Of a stretch of 60,508 nucleotides of DNA, positions 48,143-57,412 are shown piece after piece. Position numbers and translations under genes: made by a program. Numbering within the stretch: the stretch's first letter is position 1; the number at the start of each line of letters is the position of its first letter. Under the pieces are notes generated by a model. The model saw only the letters and a program-made list of their open reading frames with translations, was not told the DNA's origin and did not search any database. The stretch lies in sequence record DRR378314_2501. One strand, given 5' to 3'.

Positions 48143-48472
48143 ATGAGCACGAACTCTTCTAAACCGCTCGATACGGTATATGCGAATTCGGCGCGTGAAA
48201 TGCGTCAGCTGCAAAGCCAGATTCAGCAGCTGGAAGATACCGTGTTGACCATTGTCGAACGCCGCACGCCGCCGACAAGCGCAGAAATTCGAGAGCTGCA
48301 GGATTTTGATTTGATCTCTCAAACACTGGGGGGGTTGTCGACCTTCTTCGATACGTTGCGAGAGCAGGTTGGGACCCAAGATTGCACCGATATCAATCTC
48401 GCCACCGAAGGCGTAACCCTTCAATTGTTGCGGGATCGGTTACGGGAAAGACAAGCGCTCTTTGAGCTTTGA
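48143..48472 (+). CDS. Small helical chemotaxis-operon protein (CheT-like of Alphaproteobacteria)
   Basis: LQDFD.I.Q.L..L motif, L..LRDRL, C-terminal LFEL; last gene of the che operon. Confidence 0.6.
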   Translation: MSTNSSKPLDTVYANSAREMRQLQSQIQQLEDTVLTIVERRTPPTSAEIRELQDFDLISQTLGGLSTFFDTLREQVGTQDCTDINLATEGVTLQLLRDRLRERQALFEL

Positions 48473-48516
48473 GCGTTTCTTGTTCGAGCATGTCTACATA
48501 GCTGAATAAGCTAAGC

Positions 48517-48549
48517 ATACCGGCCGCTTGCAGGGCAAGCGGCCGGTAT
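48517..48549. terminator. Perfect 15-bp inverted repeat after the che operon
   Basis: ATACCGGCCGCTTGC-AGG-GCAAGCGGCCGGTAT. Confidence 0.75.
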
Positions 48550-48792
48550 CACATTTCACGGAGGTTCTACGCCGACAACAGCGAAGCAGTAACGGGGCAC
48601 ACGACTTACCCCTGTTTGCTGGGTGACTTGCGCGTGGGTCGGGCCAATCAGGTTTAATGTACTGACATCAACCAACCACAAGCGCTATACGGCCCACAGG
48701 GCTGCTCCATAGCGAATTGGCAAGCTCGCTGCGCGGGTGTTGCACCGACCGGCACCTCTCCCTAGAGTCACGCAAGCAAACACTAACCGACC

Positions 48793-49575
48793 GTGCTCAT
48801 GACACCTCTCAAACTCAAACACTTGGCGCGATGGATCCGAATTCTGTGCCTCGCCCTGCTGAGCGTTTTGCCCAGTTTAGCGACAGGTGAACCGCTACGG
48901 GTCTTCGCTGCTGCAAGCTTAAAGACTGCGCTGGATGAAATTGCGGTGACGTTCGAGGTTGCAACCGAGACCGAAATTTCCGTTTCTTATGGTGGCTCAT
49001 CGGTACTTGCGCGCCAAATTGGCCTCGGGGCACCGGCCGATGTCTTCATTTCGGCAAATGCCGAGTGGATGAATGCCCTTGCGCAGCAAGGCCGTATCGA
49101 CGAGACAACCCGCTTGGACCTGCTACGCAATAAGCTGATCGTGATCGCGGCGCGAGACGAACCTTTGCTAACCAGTTTGTCTGATTTGCCAGCGGCCCTT
49201 GGGACGGGCAAGTTGGCTATGGCCCAGACTGACGCTGTGCCAGCCGGCATATACGGCAAGGCTGCACTGGAAACCGCCAATGTTTGGCAAGGATTGCAGC
49301 CTCAAATCGCCCAGACTGACAATGTGCGTTCCGCCCTTGCACTTGTCGCCAGCCGCGCCGCTCCATACGGCATCGTGTACCAAACCGATGCCCGGGCCGA
49401 ACATCGTGTGACCGTCGCGTTTGCCATTCCGGACAGTATGCATCCACCGATCATCTATCCCGTTGCAGCAATAAACACCAATGATGGAAGCCGAGCGTTC
49501 ATCGCATTTTTGACATCCCAAACTGCACGCCAAGTATTTGAGGCGCAGGGGTTCATCCCGGTGGAAACACCTTGA
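48793..49575 (+). CDS. modA: Molybdate ABC transporter substrate-binding protein
   Basis: VFAAASL, S.G.SS.LARQI..GAPADVF.SA, VPAG.Y, GIVY.TDA, I.YP.A. Confidence 0.95.
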   Translation: MLMTPLKLKHLARWIRILCLALLSVLPSLATGEPLRVFAAASLKTALDEIAVTFEVATETEISVSYGGSSVLARQIGLGAPADVFISANAEWMNALAQQGRIDETTRLDLLRNKLIVIAARDEPLLTSLSDLPAALGTGKLAMAQTDAVPAGIYGKAALETANVWQGLQPQIAQTDNVRSALALVASRAAPYGIVYQTDARAEHRVTVAFAIPDSMHPPIIYPVAAINTNDGSRAFIAFLTSQTARQVFEAQGFIPVETP

Positions 49576-50285
49576 GTGCAAGCATGCCTTCTTGGCTTGG
49601 GCCGGAGGAGTGGCTCGCCGTGCACCTATCAATCAAAGTGGCATTTTGGGCAATGGTGATCAGCTTGCCGTTTGGCATCGTAGTTGCATATGCTCTTGCA
49701 CGGTGGCAATTTCCTGGCAAACATCTCTTAAATGGGCTTGTTCACCTGCCGCTCATTATGCCGCCTGTGGTGACAGGATATCTGCTGCTCTTGGTCTTTG
49801 GGCCGTACGGGCCGATCGGTCGATGGCTGGAGCCGATCGGTCTCAGTATCGCCTTCCGATGGACTGGCGCGTCCCTTGCAGCAGGGCTCATGGGATTTCC
49901 GCTTATGGTCCGCGCGCTGCGCCTGTCATTCGAACTCATCGATCCCGGGCTAGAGCATGCCGCATCCACACTCGGCGCCCATCCGGTGATGGTTTTCCTT
50001 ACGGTGACGCTGCCATTGGCCCTGCCAGGAGTGATCGCCGGAGCCGTGTTGGCCTTTGCCAAGGCGATGGGAGAATTTGGTGCAACAATTACGTTTGTGG
50101 CCAACATTCCCGGTGAGACACAAACATTGCCATCCGCCATCTATGCTTTCCTGCAGGTGCCTGGTGGCGAAACGTCGGCGCTACGGCTGGTCGTGATCTC
50201 CATCGTTGTTTCCTTCGCCGCCTTGCTCATGTCCGAGCTCCTAAGTCGCCGATTGGCGCAAAGCTGGGACAAGCATGAGCTTTGA
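49572..50285 (+). CDS. modB: Molybdate ABC transporter permease
   Basis: LPL..PPVVTGY.LL, LAFAKA.GEFGATI.F..NIPG.TQTLP. Confidence 0.95.
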   Translation: MSASMPSWLGPEEWLAVHLSIKVAFWAMVISLPFGIVVAYALARWQFPGKHLLNGLVHLPLIMPPVVTGYLLLLVFGPYGPIGRWLEPIGLSIAFRWTGASLAAGLMGFPLMVRALRLSFELIDPGLEHAASTLGAHPVMVFLTVTLPLALPGVIAGAVLAFAKAMGEFGATITFVANIPGETQTLPSAIYAFLQVPGGETSALRLVVISIVVSFAALLMSELLSRRLAQSWDKHEL

Positions 50286-51387
50286 AATCGATATCTCTGT
50301 CCGGCAAGGCACGTTCCAGCTACAGGCAGATTTTGCTGCGCCAAGCGGATTAACAGTCCTATTCGGTCGGTCCGGTTCAGGAAAATCCACCCTGATCAAC
50401 GCCGTAGCCGGACTGACCAGACCAGATCGTGGGCGTATCAAGATCGGGGAACGTGTTCTGTTCGACTCGGTTCGCAAGATAGCGCTCCCACCGCGTAAGA
50501 GGCGACTGGGATATATATTCCAGGATGCCCGCCTTTTCCCGCATATGAGCGTGTACAAGAATTTAGTTTACGGGCAACGGTTTGCGCCAAAACTTCGGCG
50601 GGGCAGGGAGGTCGAGCAGATCGTGGAGCTCCTTGGCCTAGAACATCTGCTGCACCGCATGCCTGCATATTTGTCAGGTGGGGAAAAACAGCGCGTTTCC
50701 ATTGGCCGCGCCCTCTTGGCAGCACCTGAATTACTGCTCGCGGACGAACCGCTAACCGCTTTGGACCAGACCCGAAAGCTCGAAATTCTCCCTTACTTCG
50801 AGCGCATACGTGATGAATTGAAACTGCCTGTGCTATATGTCAGTCATTCTGCGGCGGAGGTTGCACGGCTCGCAACAACAGTTGTGGTTCTCGACAACGG
50901 TCAGATCACCCACGTTGGCACCGCGGCCGAAATTTTATCTGATCCCCGCGTGGTTCCGACAGGTGTTCGCAGCGTCGGTTCCATCATTGTCGCGAGGTTG
51001 GTCGGTCATCACGTCGACGGGTTGAGCGAATTGCAGGGGAACGGAATTCAGCTGTTTGTGCCAAAAGTGAATAAGCCAATCGGCGCGTCGTTGCGCCTGC
51101 GGATCTCTGCGCATGAGATCATTTTATCTGTAGCACCGCCCGCGGGGCTTTCTGCTCTCAACATCTTGTCTGGAACCATCTCGGCGATCCGATCTGGAGA
51201 TGGGCCCGGCGCACTGGTCACACTTTCGACCGCAGCCGGTCCGATTCTGGCGCGCGTCACCCAAAGATCCGTTTCCACGCTTGGCTTGCGACCAGGTATA
51301 AGCGCCTACGCGATTATGAAGTCTGTAGCGATCGCACAGCAAGACATTGGTGGAGAACAACATTTCTCTCCAAGTGACATTTTATAG
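50275..51387 (+). CDS. modC: Molybdate ABC transporter ATP-binding protein
   Basis: [38 protein letters not shown]-terminal TOBE/Mop region. Confidence 0.95.
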   Translation: MSFEIDISVRQGTFQLQADFAAPSGLTVLFGRSGSGKSTLINAVAGLTRPDRGRIKIGERVLFDSVRKIALPPRKRRLGYIFQDARLFPHMSVYKNLVYGQRFAPKLRRGREVEQIVELLGLEHLLHRMPAYLSGGEKQRVSIGRALLAAPELLLADEPLTALDQTRKLEILPYFERIRDELKLPVLYVSHSAAEVARLATTVVVLDNGQITHVGTAAEILSDPRVVPTGVRSVGSIIVARLVGHHVDGLSELQGNGIQLFVPKVNKPIGASLRLRISAHEIILSVAPPAGLSALNILSGTISAIRSGDGPGALVTLSTAAGPILARVTQRSVSTLGLRPGISAYAIMKSVAIAQQDIGGEQHFSPSDIL

Positions 51388-51476
51388 ATAATCTATTCTT
51401 TTCAAGCTCGACTTCATCCCGTATAGCCCGATCAGCACCCGCAAAATCCTGTCGGGTCAAAAGGGACGCGCGCCAA

Positions 51477-52157
51477 ATGATCGAAGTTCAGAACGTTAGC
51501 CTGACAATGGATGATCGGCCGGTGCTGCGGGATATTTCTCTGTCGCTGACAGAACGACGTATCGCCATCGTGGGCAGCAATGGCAGTGGCAAGAGCAGCT
51601 TTGCGCGCCTGTTAAATGGCTTACGCACGCCCACAAAGGGGAGCGTCTTCATAGATGGGCTAGACACCCAAAAACAGGCGCGGAACATCAGACGGAAGGT
51701 TGGATTTGTCTTCCAGAATCCGGACAATCAGATCGTATTCCCGATCGTTGAAGAAGACGTGGCTTTTGGCCTGAAGAATCTTGGTATTTCGTTGGATAAG
51801 CGCACCGAGATGGCGGATGAAATTCTGCAACGATACGGGTTAAGCTCGCACGGCAAACACCCAGCGCACAATCTCAGCGGCGGTCAGAAGCAGCTTCTCG
51901 CCATCGCGGGTGTTCTGGTGATGCAACCGGATTACGTCGTCCTGGATGAGCCAACCACATTGCTTGATTTGCGCAACAAGCTTCGTATTGGCAACGCCAT
52001 AGACGAGCTCGAACAAACTGCAATAGTGATCACGCATGACCTTGATCTCGTGAAAGATTTTGATCGCGTGATTGTTTTCGAGGACGGCCGGGTATTGGCT
52101 GACGATGCTCCAAATGTGGCGCTGACTCGCTATATAGAGGCAATGCTGGATGCTTGA
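51477..52157 (+). CDS. bioM: ECF transporter ATPase (BioM)
   Basis: [29 protein letters not shown]; upstream of EcfT and bioY. Confidence 0.85.
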   Translation: MIEVQNVSLTMDDRPVLRDISLSLTERRIAIVGSNGSGKSSFARLLNGLRTPTKGSVFIDGLDTQKQARNIRRKVGFVFQNPDNQIVFPIVEEDVAFGLKNLGISLDKRTEMADEILQRYGLSSHGKHPAHNLSGGQKQLLAIAGVLVMQPDYVVLDEPTTLLDLRNKLRIGNAIDELEQTAIVITHDLDLVKDFDRVIVFEDGRVLADDAPNVALTRYIEAMLDA

Positions 52158-52740
52158 CCTTTATTCTGAGGGAAACTCGCGGCTGCATCACACGAGGCCA
52201 GGGTGGAAAATTCTCGGCTTGGCCATTTCGGGCAGCCTACTCTTCGCCGTGGATCACATCGCCTTCTCGCTTGCATTTCTGCTCGCGACACTCGCCCTAT
52301 ACGCTGCCGCAGGCCTGCCGCTCCGTCGTGCGTGGAACCAAATCCGACCTGTGGTTTGGGTTTTCGCGCTGATCCTGATTGCTCAATCCATCTTTAACAG
52401 CTGGTGGCTGGGCGTCTTCGTCATCATACGCTTTGCGGTCTTACTGATGTTGGCTGGCCTACTCACGCTCACAACCCGGTCCAGCGAAATGATCGACGGC
52501 ATCGAGGCTGGATTACGTCCGTTGAGCCGGCTCGGACTGCGTACCCGTGGCATCAGTTTGGCGATTTCACTGACTTTGCGTTTTATTCCAGTCTTGTCCT
52601 CTATCGTTCGAGAGGTGCGTGAAGCGCAATGCGCACGCGGCCTGGAGCGAAATATCTTCGCAATCACAATTCCCGCAATCGTACGTACCCTGAAGATGTC
52701 GGAAGACATTTCGGATGCCATCGACGCACGCGGATTTTGA
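52150..52740 (+). CDS. bioN: ECF transporter transmembrane component (BioN/EcfT)
   Basis: LRFIP, EAQ.ARG and C-terminal DARGF Ala-Arg-Gly motifs. Confidence 0.87.
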   Translation: MLDLYSEGNSRLHHTRPGWKILGLAISGSLLFAVDHIAFSLAFLLATLALYAAAGLPLRRAWNQIRPVVWVFALILIAQSIFNSWWLGVFVIIRFAVLLMLAGLLTLTTRSSEMIDGIEAGLRPLSRLGLRTRGISLAISLTLRFIPVLSSIVREVREAQCARGLERNIFAITIPAIVRTLKMSEDISDAIDARGF

Positions 52741-52781
52741 CGGCTAAAACACGTCTACTCATGAAGTTAGGAGTCCCGTTC

Positions 52782-53315
52782 ATGACCACAAAGGACATCG
52801 TACTGATCGCCCTGTTCGCTGCGTTGACAGCAGCCCTTGGTGTCATACCTCAAATCACCCTGCCGATGGGCGTTCCAATTACAGCCCAATCCATGGGCGT
52901 GATGCTGGCCGGTGCATTTCTGGGTGCCAATCGGGGCAGTCTTGCGATCATTCTCTTTCTTGCGCTTGTTGCAATCGGATTGCCGCTTCTGGCTGGCGGT
53001 CGTGGCGGAGTAGGCGTCTTTTTCGGAACATCCGGCGGATTTCTGATCGGTTTTCCTGTTGGCGCGTTTGTGATTGGCTTTCTGTTCGACAGATTTGCAG
53101 GTCGGCCACCACTGCTGCCGTCGATCTCGTTCGTGCTCTTGGGCGGCATTGGCGTCGTTTACCTGTTTGGAGTACCCTGGCTGGCCGCTGTCGCGGAACT
53201 CTCCATCTGGCAGGCGCTTGCAGGTTCAGCGGCTTTCCTACCCGGAGATGTGATCAAAGCGGTGCTCACAAGCCTGATTTTGCGCGAAGTGCGCAAGGCA
53301 ATCCCAAATCTGTAG
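52782..53315 (+). CDS. bioY: Biotin transporter S-component BioY
   Basis: VPITAQ, GLPLLAGGRGG, SGGFLIGF, FLPGD.IK; AGGAG RBS before ATG 52782. Confidence 0.93.
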   Translation: MTTKDIVLIALFAALTAALGVIPQITLPMGVPITAQSMGVMLAGAFLGANRGSLAIILFLALVAIGLPLLAGGRGGVGVFFGTSGGFLIGFPVGAFVIGFLFDRFAGRPPLLPSISFVLLGGIGVVYLFGVPWLAAVAELSIWQALAGSAAFLPGDVIKAVLTSLILREVRKAIPNL

Positions 53316-53348
53316 TAGCCCGATGGGCACTCTCAATCGCTCGTATAC

Positions 53349-53376
53349 AAGTTACATAATTCACATTATGCAACGC
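53349..53376 (-). other. dif-like XerC/XerD recombination site (11-6-11)
   Basis: Minus strand GCGTTGCATAA-TGTGAA-TTATGTAACTT; CATAA-N6-TTATG core as in E. coli dif (GGTGCGCATAA-TGTATA-TTATGTTAAAT). Confidence 0.75.
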
Positions 53377-53381
53377 TATCA

Positions 53382-54225
53382 TGCACCCGCAAGGCAGTAA
53401 TGTCACCCATCGGCAAAGCAGAAGTGTCACTCTCCTCGCATAAGGCAGCGAGGACGAGCGGACATGGGATGGGTGATGATGAGTGAGTGCGAGTTGAACC
53501 GCGTTGAGGTTCTGGCGCAGGTCAATGACGGCCGATTGACAGTTGATAACGCGGCGAACCTGCTGGATCTGACACGGCGGCAAATTTTCCGGCTTCTGAA
53601 GCGATACCGCCAGGACGGCGCATCCGCGATCCGTCACAACGCGCGCGGCAAGCCTCCGAACAACCGGATCCACAACGCGAAGCGCGACTATGCCCTGAGC
53701 CTGATCAAAGAGAATTACCCGGATTTCGGCCCGACACTGGCAACTGAGATGCTGGCTGAGCATCACGGGATCAAGGTCTCCCGCGAGACCTTGCGCAAAT
53801 GGATGATCAAAGCCGGCCTTTGGTTATCACGCAAACAGCGCCGGACGTTTCACCAGCCGCGTCTGCGCCGGGAATGCTTTGGCGAGCTAATCCAGATTGA
53901 CGGCTCAGATCACCGCTGGTTTGAAGATCGTGCGCCACCCGGCACCTTGCTCGTCTTCATCGATGACGCGACCAGCACCTTGATGGAACTTCGCTTTGTG
54001 AAGGACCGTTTCAACGCCAAGTTTGCCAAGGCCCCAACTGACCTGTCAATGTTGCCATGCCTCGCATAACAAAGGGCTCAAACCTGCATTCAGTCTATTG
54101 ATCCCACAAGGCTTATCAGCCCTTCGATATTTGAGGTCTCCGGGCTGAAAAGCCTTGTTCCTGTTGCGCTAGGCGGTGACGTTTCTGCTTTGCGCAATCG
54201 GTGACATTTCTGGATAGCGTTTACA
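53382..54225 (+). mobile_element. Internally deleted IS1202-family (formerly ISNCY) insertion sequence, 844 bp
   Basis: 25-bp imperfect terminal IRs (TGCACCCGCAAGGCAGTAATGTCAC vs reverse complement of right end TGTAAACGCTATCCAGAAATGTCAC, 18/25); inner repeats at 53413-53430 and 54176-54193; flanks TATCA / TATTA. Confidence 0.8.
53464..54069 (+). pseudogene. Truncated IS1202/ISNCY-family DDE transposase
   Basis: MGWVMMSE.EL.RVEVL, Y.DFGPTLA.E.L, GELIQIDGS.H.WFE.R, LLVFIDDATS; then jumps to FNAKFAK.P and stops, so most of the catalytic core is missing. Confidence 0.88.
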
Positions 54226-54377
54226 TATTACGCGCCTTTATTTGGACTGCCCATATGAGCGCTTTGTCGTGGAGGAACTCATCAAATAGGGGTTTCGTGT
54301 GTGCGACTTCTGGCGGACTGGTGGCGTTTGGCGCCAGCCCGCCCATTAAGGGTAAATTTGAGCCCAAGGTTCCGGCC

Positions 54378-54464
54378 CTAGCTGTCCAGTCCCGGCAAAT
54401 GGTGGATCGAGTTCAAGACCAAACGATCCGGCTCCGAGATCCAGCCCTTACAGATGTATTCGTA
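54378..54464 (-). mobile_element. IS481-family remnant (transposase C-terminus and element end)
   Basis: Minus strand reads YEYICKGWISEPDRLVLNSIHHLPGLDS*, resembling the YEYICK.W..EP.RF...P.H..PGL C-terminus of alphaproteobacterial IS481 transposases; TGT end at 54383. Confidence 0.65.
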
Positions 54465-54776
54465 TGTCCGTGGTCGTGGCGTATCCGTGACGAAATTGAC
54501 CCATCGGGCATCCTTTCAATCCAAAGAAAGAAGCGCAACATCAAACCTTGGGATCAAACAACTAGCGCAATGAAAAGAAAAGCGAACGCTCACACTATCG
54601 CTATCGACATTCATGCTCTCGGGTAGGTCGAGCTTGTGGATCGCTTTGTTGCGGCGCAGTGGCCACCGATCCTTCGCGGTGGTCAGCCATAGAGATCTAG
54701 CACGAACGATACGGCATCAAACAATGAGGAGCAAAAGAGCAGAATTTAACGAATGGCAGGTGATCTGTTGATCAGA

Positions 54777-56111
54777 TCAGGATGCAACCAATGCCTTCTT
54801 GAGTGCATGGTAGGAGGCCTTGGGAGTACGCTTCAGGGTGTCGAAGTCCACATGCACCATGCCAAAGCGCTTCTCGTATCCCAGCGCCCATTCGTAATTG
54901 TCCATGAGCGACCACAGGAAATAGCCCTGCACCGGAACGCCGTCGGCGATCGCGCGGCGGACGCGAGCCAGATGGGCATCGACATAGGCAATGCGCTCGG
55001 GGTCAGACACGTGGCCCGCTGTGATCACATCCGGGTTGGCCATACCGTTCTCGGTCACGATCAAGGGCAGATCGCCGGTGTAGTCTGCGGCGGTGCGGCT
55101 CAGGAACTGGTAGAGCCCGTCCGGGTAGATTTCCCAGCCCATCTGGGTCTTGGGCAGTGGACCGTCGATTTCCGCGTAATGGGGCCAAGGACCGGCAGCG
55201 GCGCCAACCACCTTGCGGGTGTAGTAATTCAGACCGCACCAGTCGACCGGCTGTGTTATCGTTTTGAAATCTTCCTGCCAGCCCTTGGGCAAATGAGGCT
55301 CAAGACCCTTCAGGGCCGGTTCGGGGTATGCGCCCTTGAACACGCCACCAAGGAAGAAACGGTTGTAAATGGCGTCATAGGTCTCGGCAGCGGCCTGCGC
55401 GGCGGCGCTGTCGTCCACCGGAGTGGCCCATTCAAAGTTGAATACCGCGCCAAGGTTATCCATGCCGAGGCCGCGCATCACCTCGATGGCACGGCCATGG
55501 GCCAACAGAACATGGTGCATGGCGCGGGCGGTGGCGCGGATGTCGCGCAGGCCGGGCGCGTGGTGGCCGAGGAAATGCGACAACCAGCCGACGCACCAGG
55601 GCTCATTGATTGGCGCCACCGAATACATCCGGTCGCCGATCCGCCCCATGATGACCTCGGTGAACTCGGCAAACCAATTGCCGATGTCGCGATTGCGCCA
55701 ACCGCCGAGGTCCGCGAGCGGCTGCGGCAGCTCCCAGTGATAGAGCGTCGCGCAAGGTTTCAGCCCGCGCTCCAGCATCGCATCTGTCAGGCGGTCGTAG
55801 AAATCGAGCCCCTCGGGGTTGGGCGTGCCAGTGCCCTCGGGCAGGACACGTGCCCAGCTGGTCGAAAAGCGATAGCAATCCAGCCCCGCTGCCGCGGCCA
55901 GATCCAGATCCGCCTCGAAGTGATGATAGTGATCGCAGGCGATCTCACCGTTCTCGGCGCGCACCACATTGCCCGGCGTGGCGGCAAAACTGTCCCAATG
56001 GGTCGGCCCGGCATCCCCAAAACCATGACCTTCGATCTGATAAGAGGAGGTGGCGCTGCCGAAGAGGAAGTTCGCCGGGAAGTCTTTGCGGGTGAAGGTG
56101 AAATGGTCCAT
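54777..56111 (-). CDS. bglA: Glycoside hydrolase family 1 beta-glucosidase
   Basis: FLFGSATSSYQIEG, YRFSTSW.R, TLYHWELP, INEP (acid/base), VTENG (nucleophile), WSLMDNYEW..GY.KRFG. Confidence 0.95.
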   Translation of the reverse strand: MDHFTFTRKDFPANFLFGSATSSYQIEGHGFGDAGPTHWDSFAATPGNVVRAENGEIACDHYHHFEADLDLAAAAGLDCYRFSTSWARVLPEGTGTPNPEGLDFYDRLTDAMLERGLKPCATLYHWELPQPLADLGGWRNRDIGNWFAEFTEVIMGRIGDRMYSVAPINEPWCVGWLSHFLGHHAPGLRDIRATARAMHHVLLAHGRAIEVMRGLGMDNLGAVFNFEWATPVDDSAAAQAAAETYDAIYNRFFLGGVFKGAYPEPALKGLEPHLPKGWQEDFKTITQPVDWCGLNYYTRKVVGAAAGPWPHYAEIDGPLPKTQMGWEIYPDGLYQFLSRTAADYTGDLPLIVTENGMANPDVITAGHVSDPERIAYVDAHLARVRRAIADGVPVQGYFLWSLMDNYEWALGYEKRFGMVHVDFDTLKRTPKASYHALKKALVAS

Positions 56112-56115
56112 ATCG

Positions 56116-57147
56116 CTAGATCCTGTTGGGAGTGGGGCCGGTGGAACGGCCGACAGTCAACTCTGCTTCGAGCAGTTCGGTGAGCGGCGGCGCGCCCGGG
56201 TTTTCGATCTGAGAGATCAGCAGCTTGGCCAGACGGCTGCCTGCGTGGCGCACGGAAGAGCGCGTGGCGGTGAAGACCGGCACATCGGCGCCGTTGCGCA
56301 GGTAGGACAGATCATCGTCATGAGTGATGACGGAGATGTCGCGCCCCATTGTCAGGCCGGCCTCCTCGATCGCGCGGCGCACCCCGAAGGCGGCGATGAT
56401 CGAGGACACCAGATAGGCGGTGGGCGGCTGCTCCAACAGTTGCGTGCGCCGCACGGTGTCGTAGCCGTAGACCTCTGTCATCTCGCCGGCGAACAGCAGC
56501 GCCGGGTCGGGGGCGATGTTGCGGGCCAGCAGGGCGGCCTCGTACCCACGTCGGCGGCGGAAGGCGAAATCCATGCTCTCCTGACCGTTCACCAGGCAGA
56601 TGCGACGATGGCCAAGGTCGAGCAGGAAATCGGTTGCTCGCTGAAAGGCGCTGGTGTTGTTGACGTCGAGCCAGCTGTAGGGGCCCGCGATATCGGTGGC
56701 ACGCCCGTGTACCGCAAAAGGCAGGCCGATCTGCTGCAGCAGGGTGATGCGGGCATCCTGCATCTTGGGCGCGTGTAGTACGATACCGTCTACATTCCGC
56801 TTTGCCGCCATGTCATGATACGCGCGGGACTGGTCCTCATCCGCCACCAGCGACAGCACCATGTCATAGCCGGCCGTGCTGTAGCTTTCCCCGGCCCCGG
56901 CGATGAAATCACCAAAAATCGGATTCATCATCTCGTGTTGAGTCGACAGCGGGATCACATGGCCAATCGCCATGGCGCGCCCGGTGGCCAGCGCCTTGGC
57001 CCGCGTATTGGGGCGATAGTTGTGCTGATCGGCGACCTGCATCACACGCTGGCGCGTCGCCTCGCTGACCTCGGGGTAGCCGTTCAGCGCCCGGCTCACG
57101 GTGGTCTGGGACAGGCCCAGAAGCGTGGACAGCTGCTTGAGGTTCAT
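56116..57147 (-). CDS. LacI-family transcriptional regulator (AglR-like)
   Basis: LKQLS..LGLS.TTVSRALN HTH, Y.PN..A..L, periplasmic-binding-fold sensor; divergent from the sugar ABC operon. Confidence 0.93.
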   Translation of the reverse strand: MNLKQLSTLLGLSQTTVSRALNGYPEVSEATRQRVMQVADQHNYRPNTRAKALATGRAMAIGHVIPLSTQHEMMNPIFGDFIAGAGESYSTAGYDMVLSLVADEDQSRAYHDMAAKRNVDGIVLHAPKMQDARITLLQQIGLPFAVHGRATDIAGPYSWLDVNNTSAFQRATDFLLDLGHRRICLVNGQESMDFAFRRRRGYEAALLARNIAPDPALLFAGEMTEVYGYDTVRRTQLLEQPPTAYLVSSIIAAFGVRRAIEEAGLTMGRDISVITHDDDLSYLRNGADVPVFTATRSSVRHAGSRLAKLLISQIENPGAPPLTELLEAELTVGRSTGPTPNRI

Positions 57148-57159
57148 CTGCAAATCTCC

Positions 57160-57169
57160 AAAGCGCTTT
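57160..57169. promoter_or_regulatory. LacI-type operator palindrome 1
   Basis: AAAGCGCTTT with central CG, just upstream of the regulator gene. Confidence 0.65.
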
Positions 57170-57310
57170 AAATTGCTGTGCGGCTGGTTTCAGAATGGCC
57201 AGAATGCCCCTCTTTATCGCCGAGGAAAAGAAGAGAATTCAACCCTATATATTTGGCGCAAACATAGACTCATTGACAGATCGCTTCGAATCTAGAAGTT
57301 TGGAGAAAAT

Positions 57311-57322
57311 CAAAGCGCTTTG
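57311..57322. promoter_or_regulatory. LacI-type operator palindrome 2
   Basis: Perfect palindrome CAAAGCGCTTTG downstream of a TTGACA hexamer (57273-57278), upstream of the ABC operon. Confidence 0.7.
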
Positions 57323-57412
57323 GTTATTTGATCGAAAGCATCCTGCAAATCGGGATTGATGGCCCAGACCAGAACCACGGCGATGAGTGTCGAAATCTTG
57401 GGAGGAGATGAC

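Noticed and set aside
54240-54375. Possible additional IS end fragments between the two IS remnants
   Set aside because: No partner inverted repeat or transposase codons could be identified by eye
54201-54626. 141-aa plus-strand ORF
   Set aside because: Starts inside the IS right end and crosses IS481 debris; no coherent protein features
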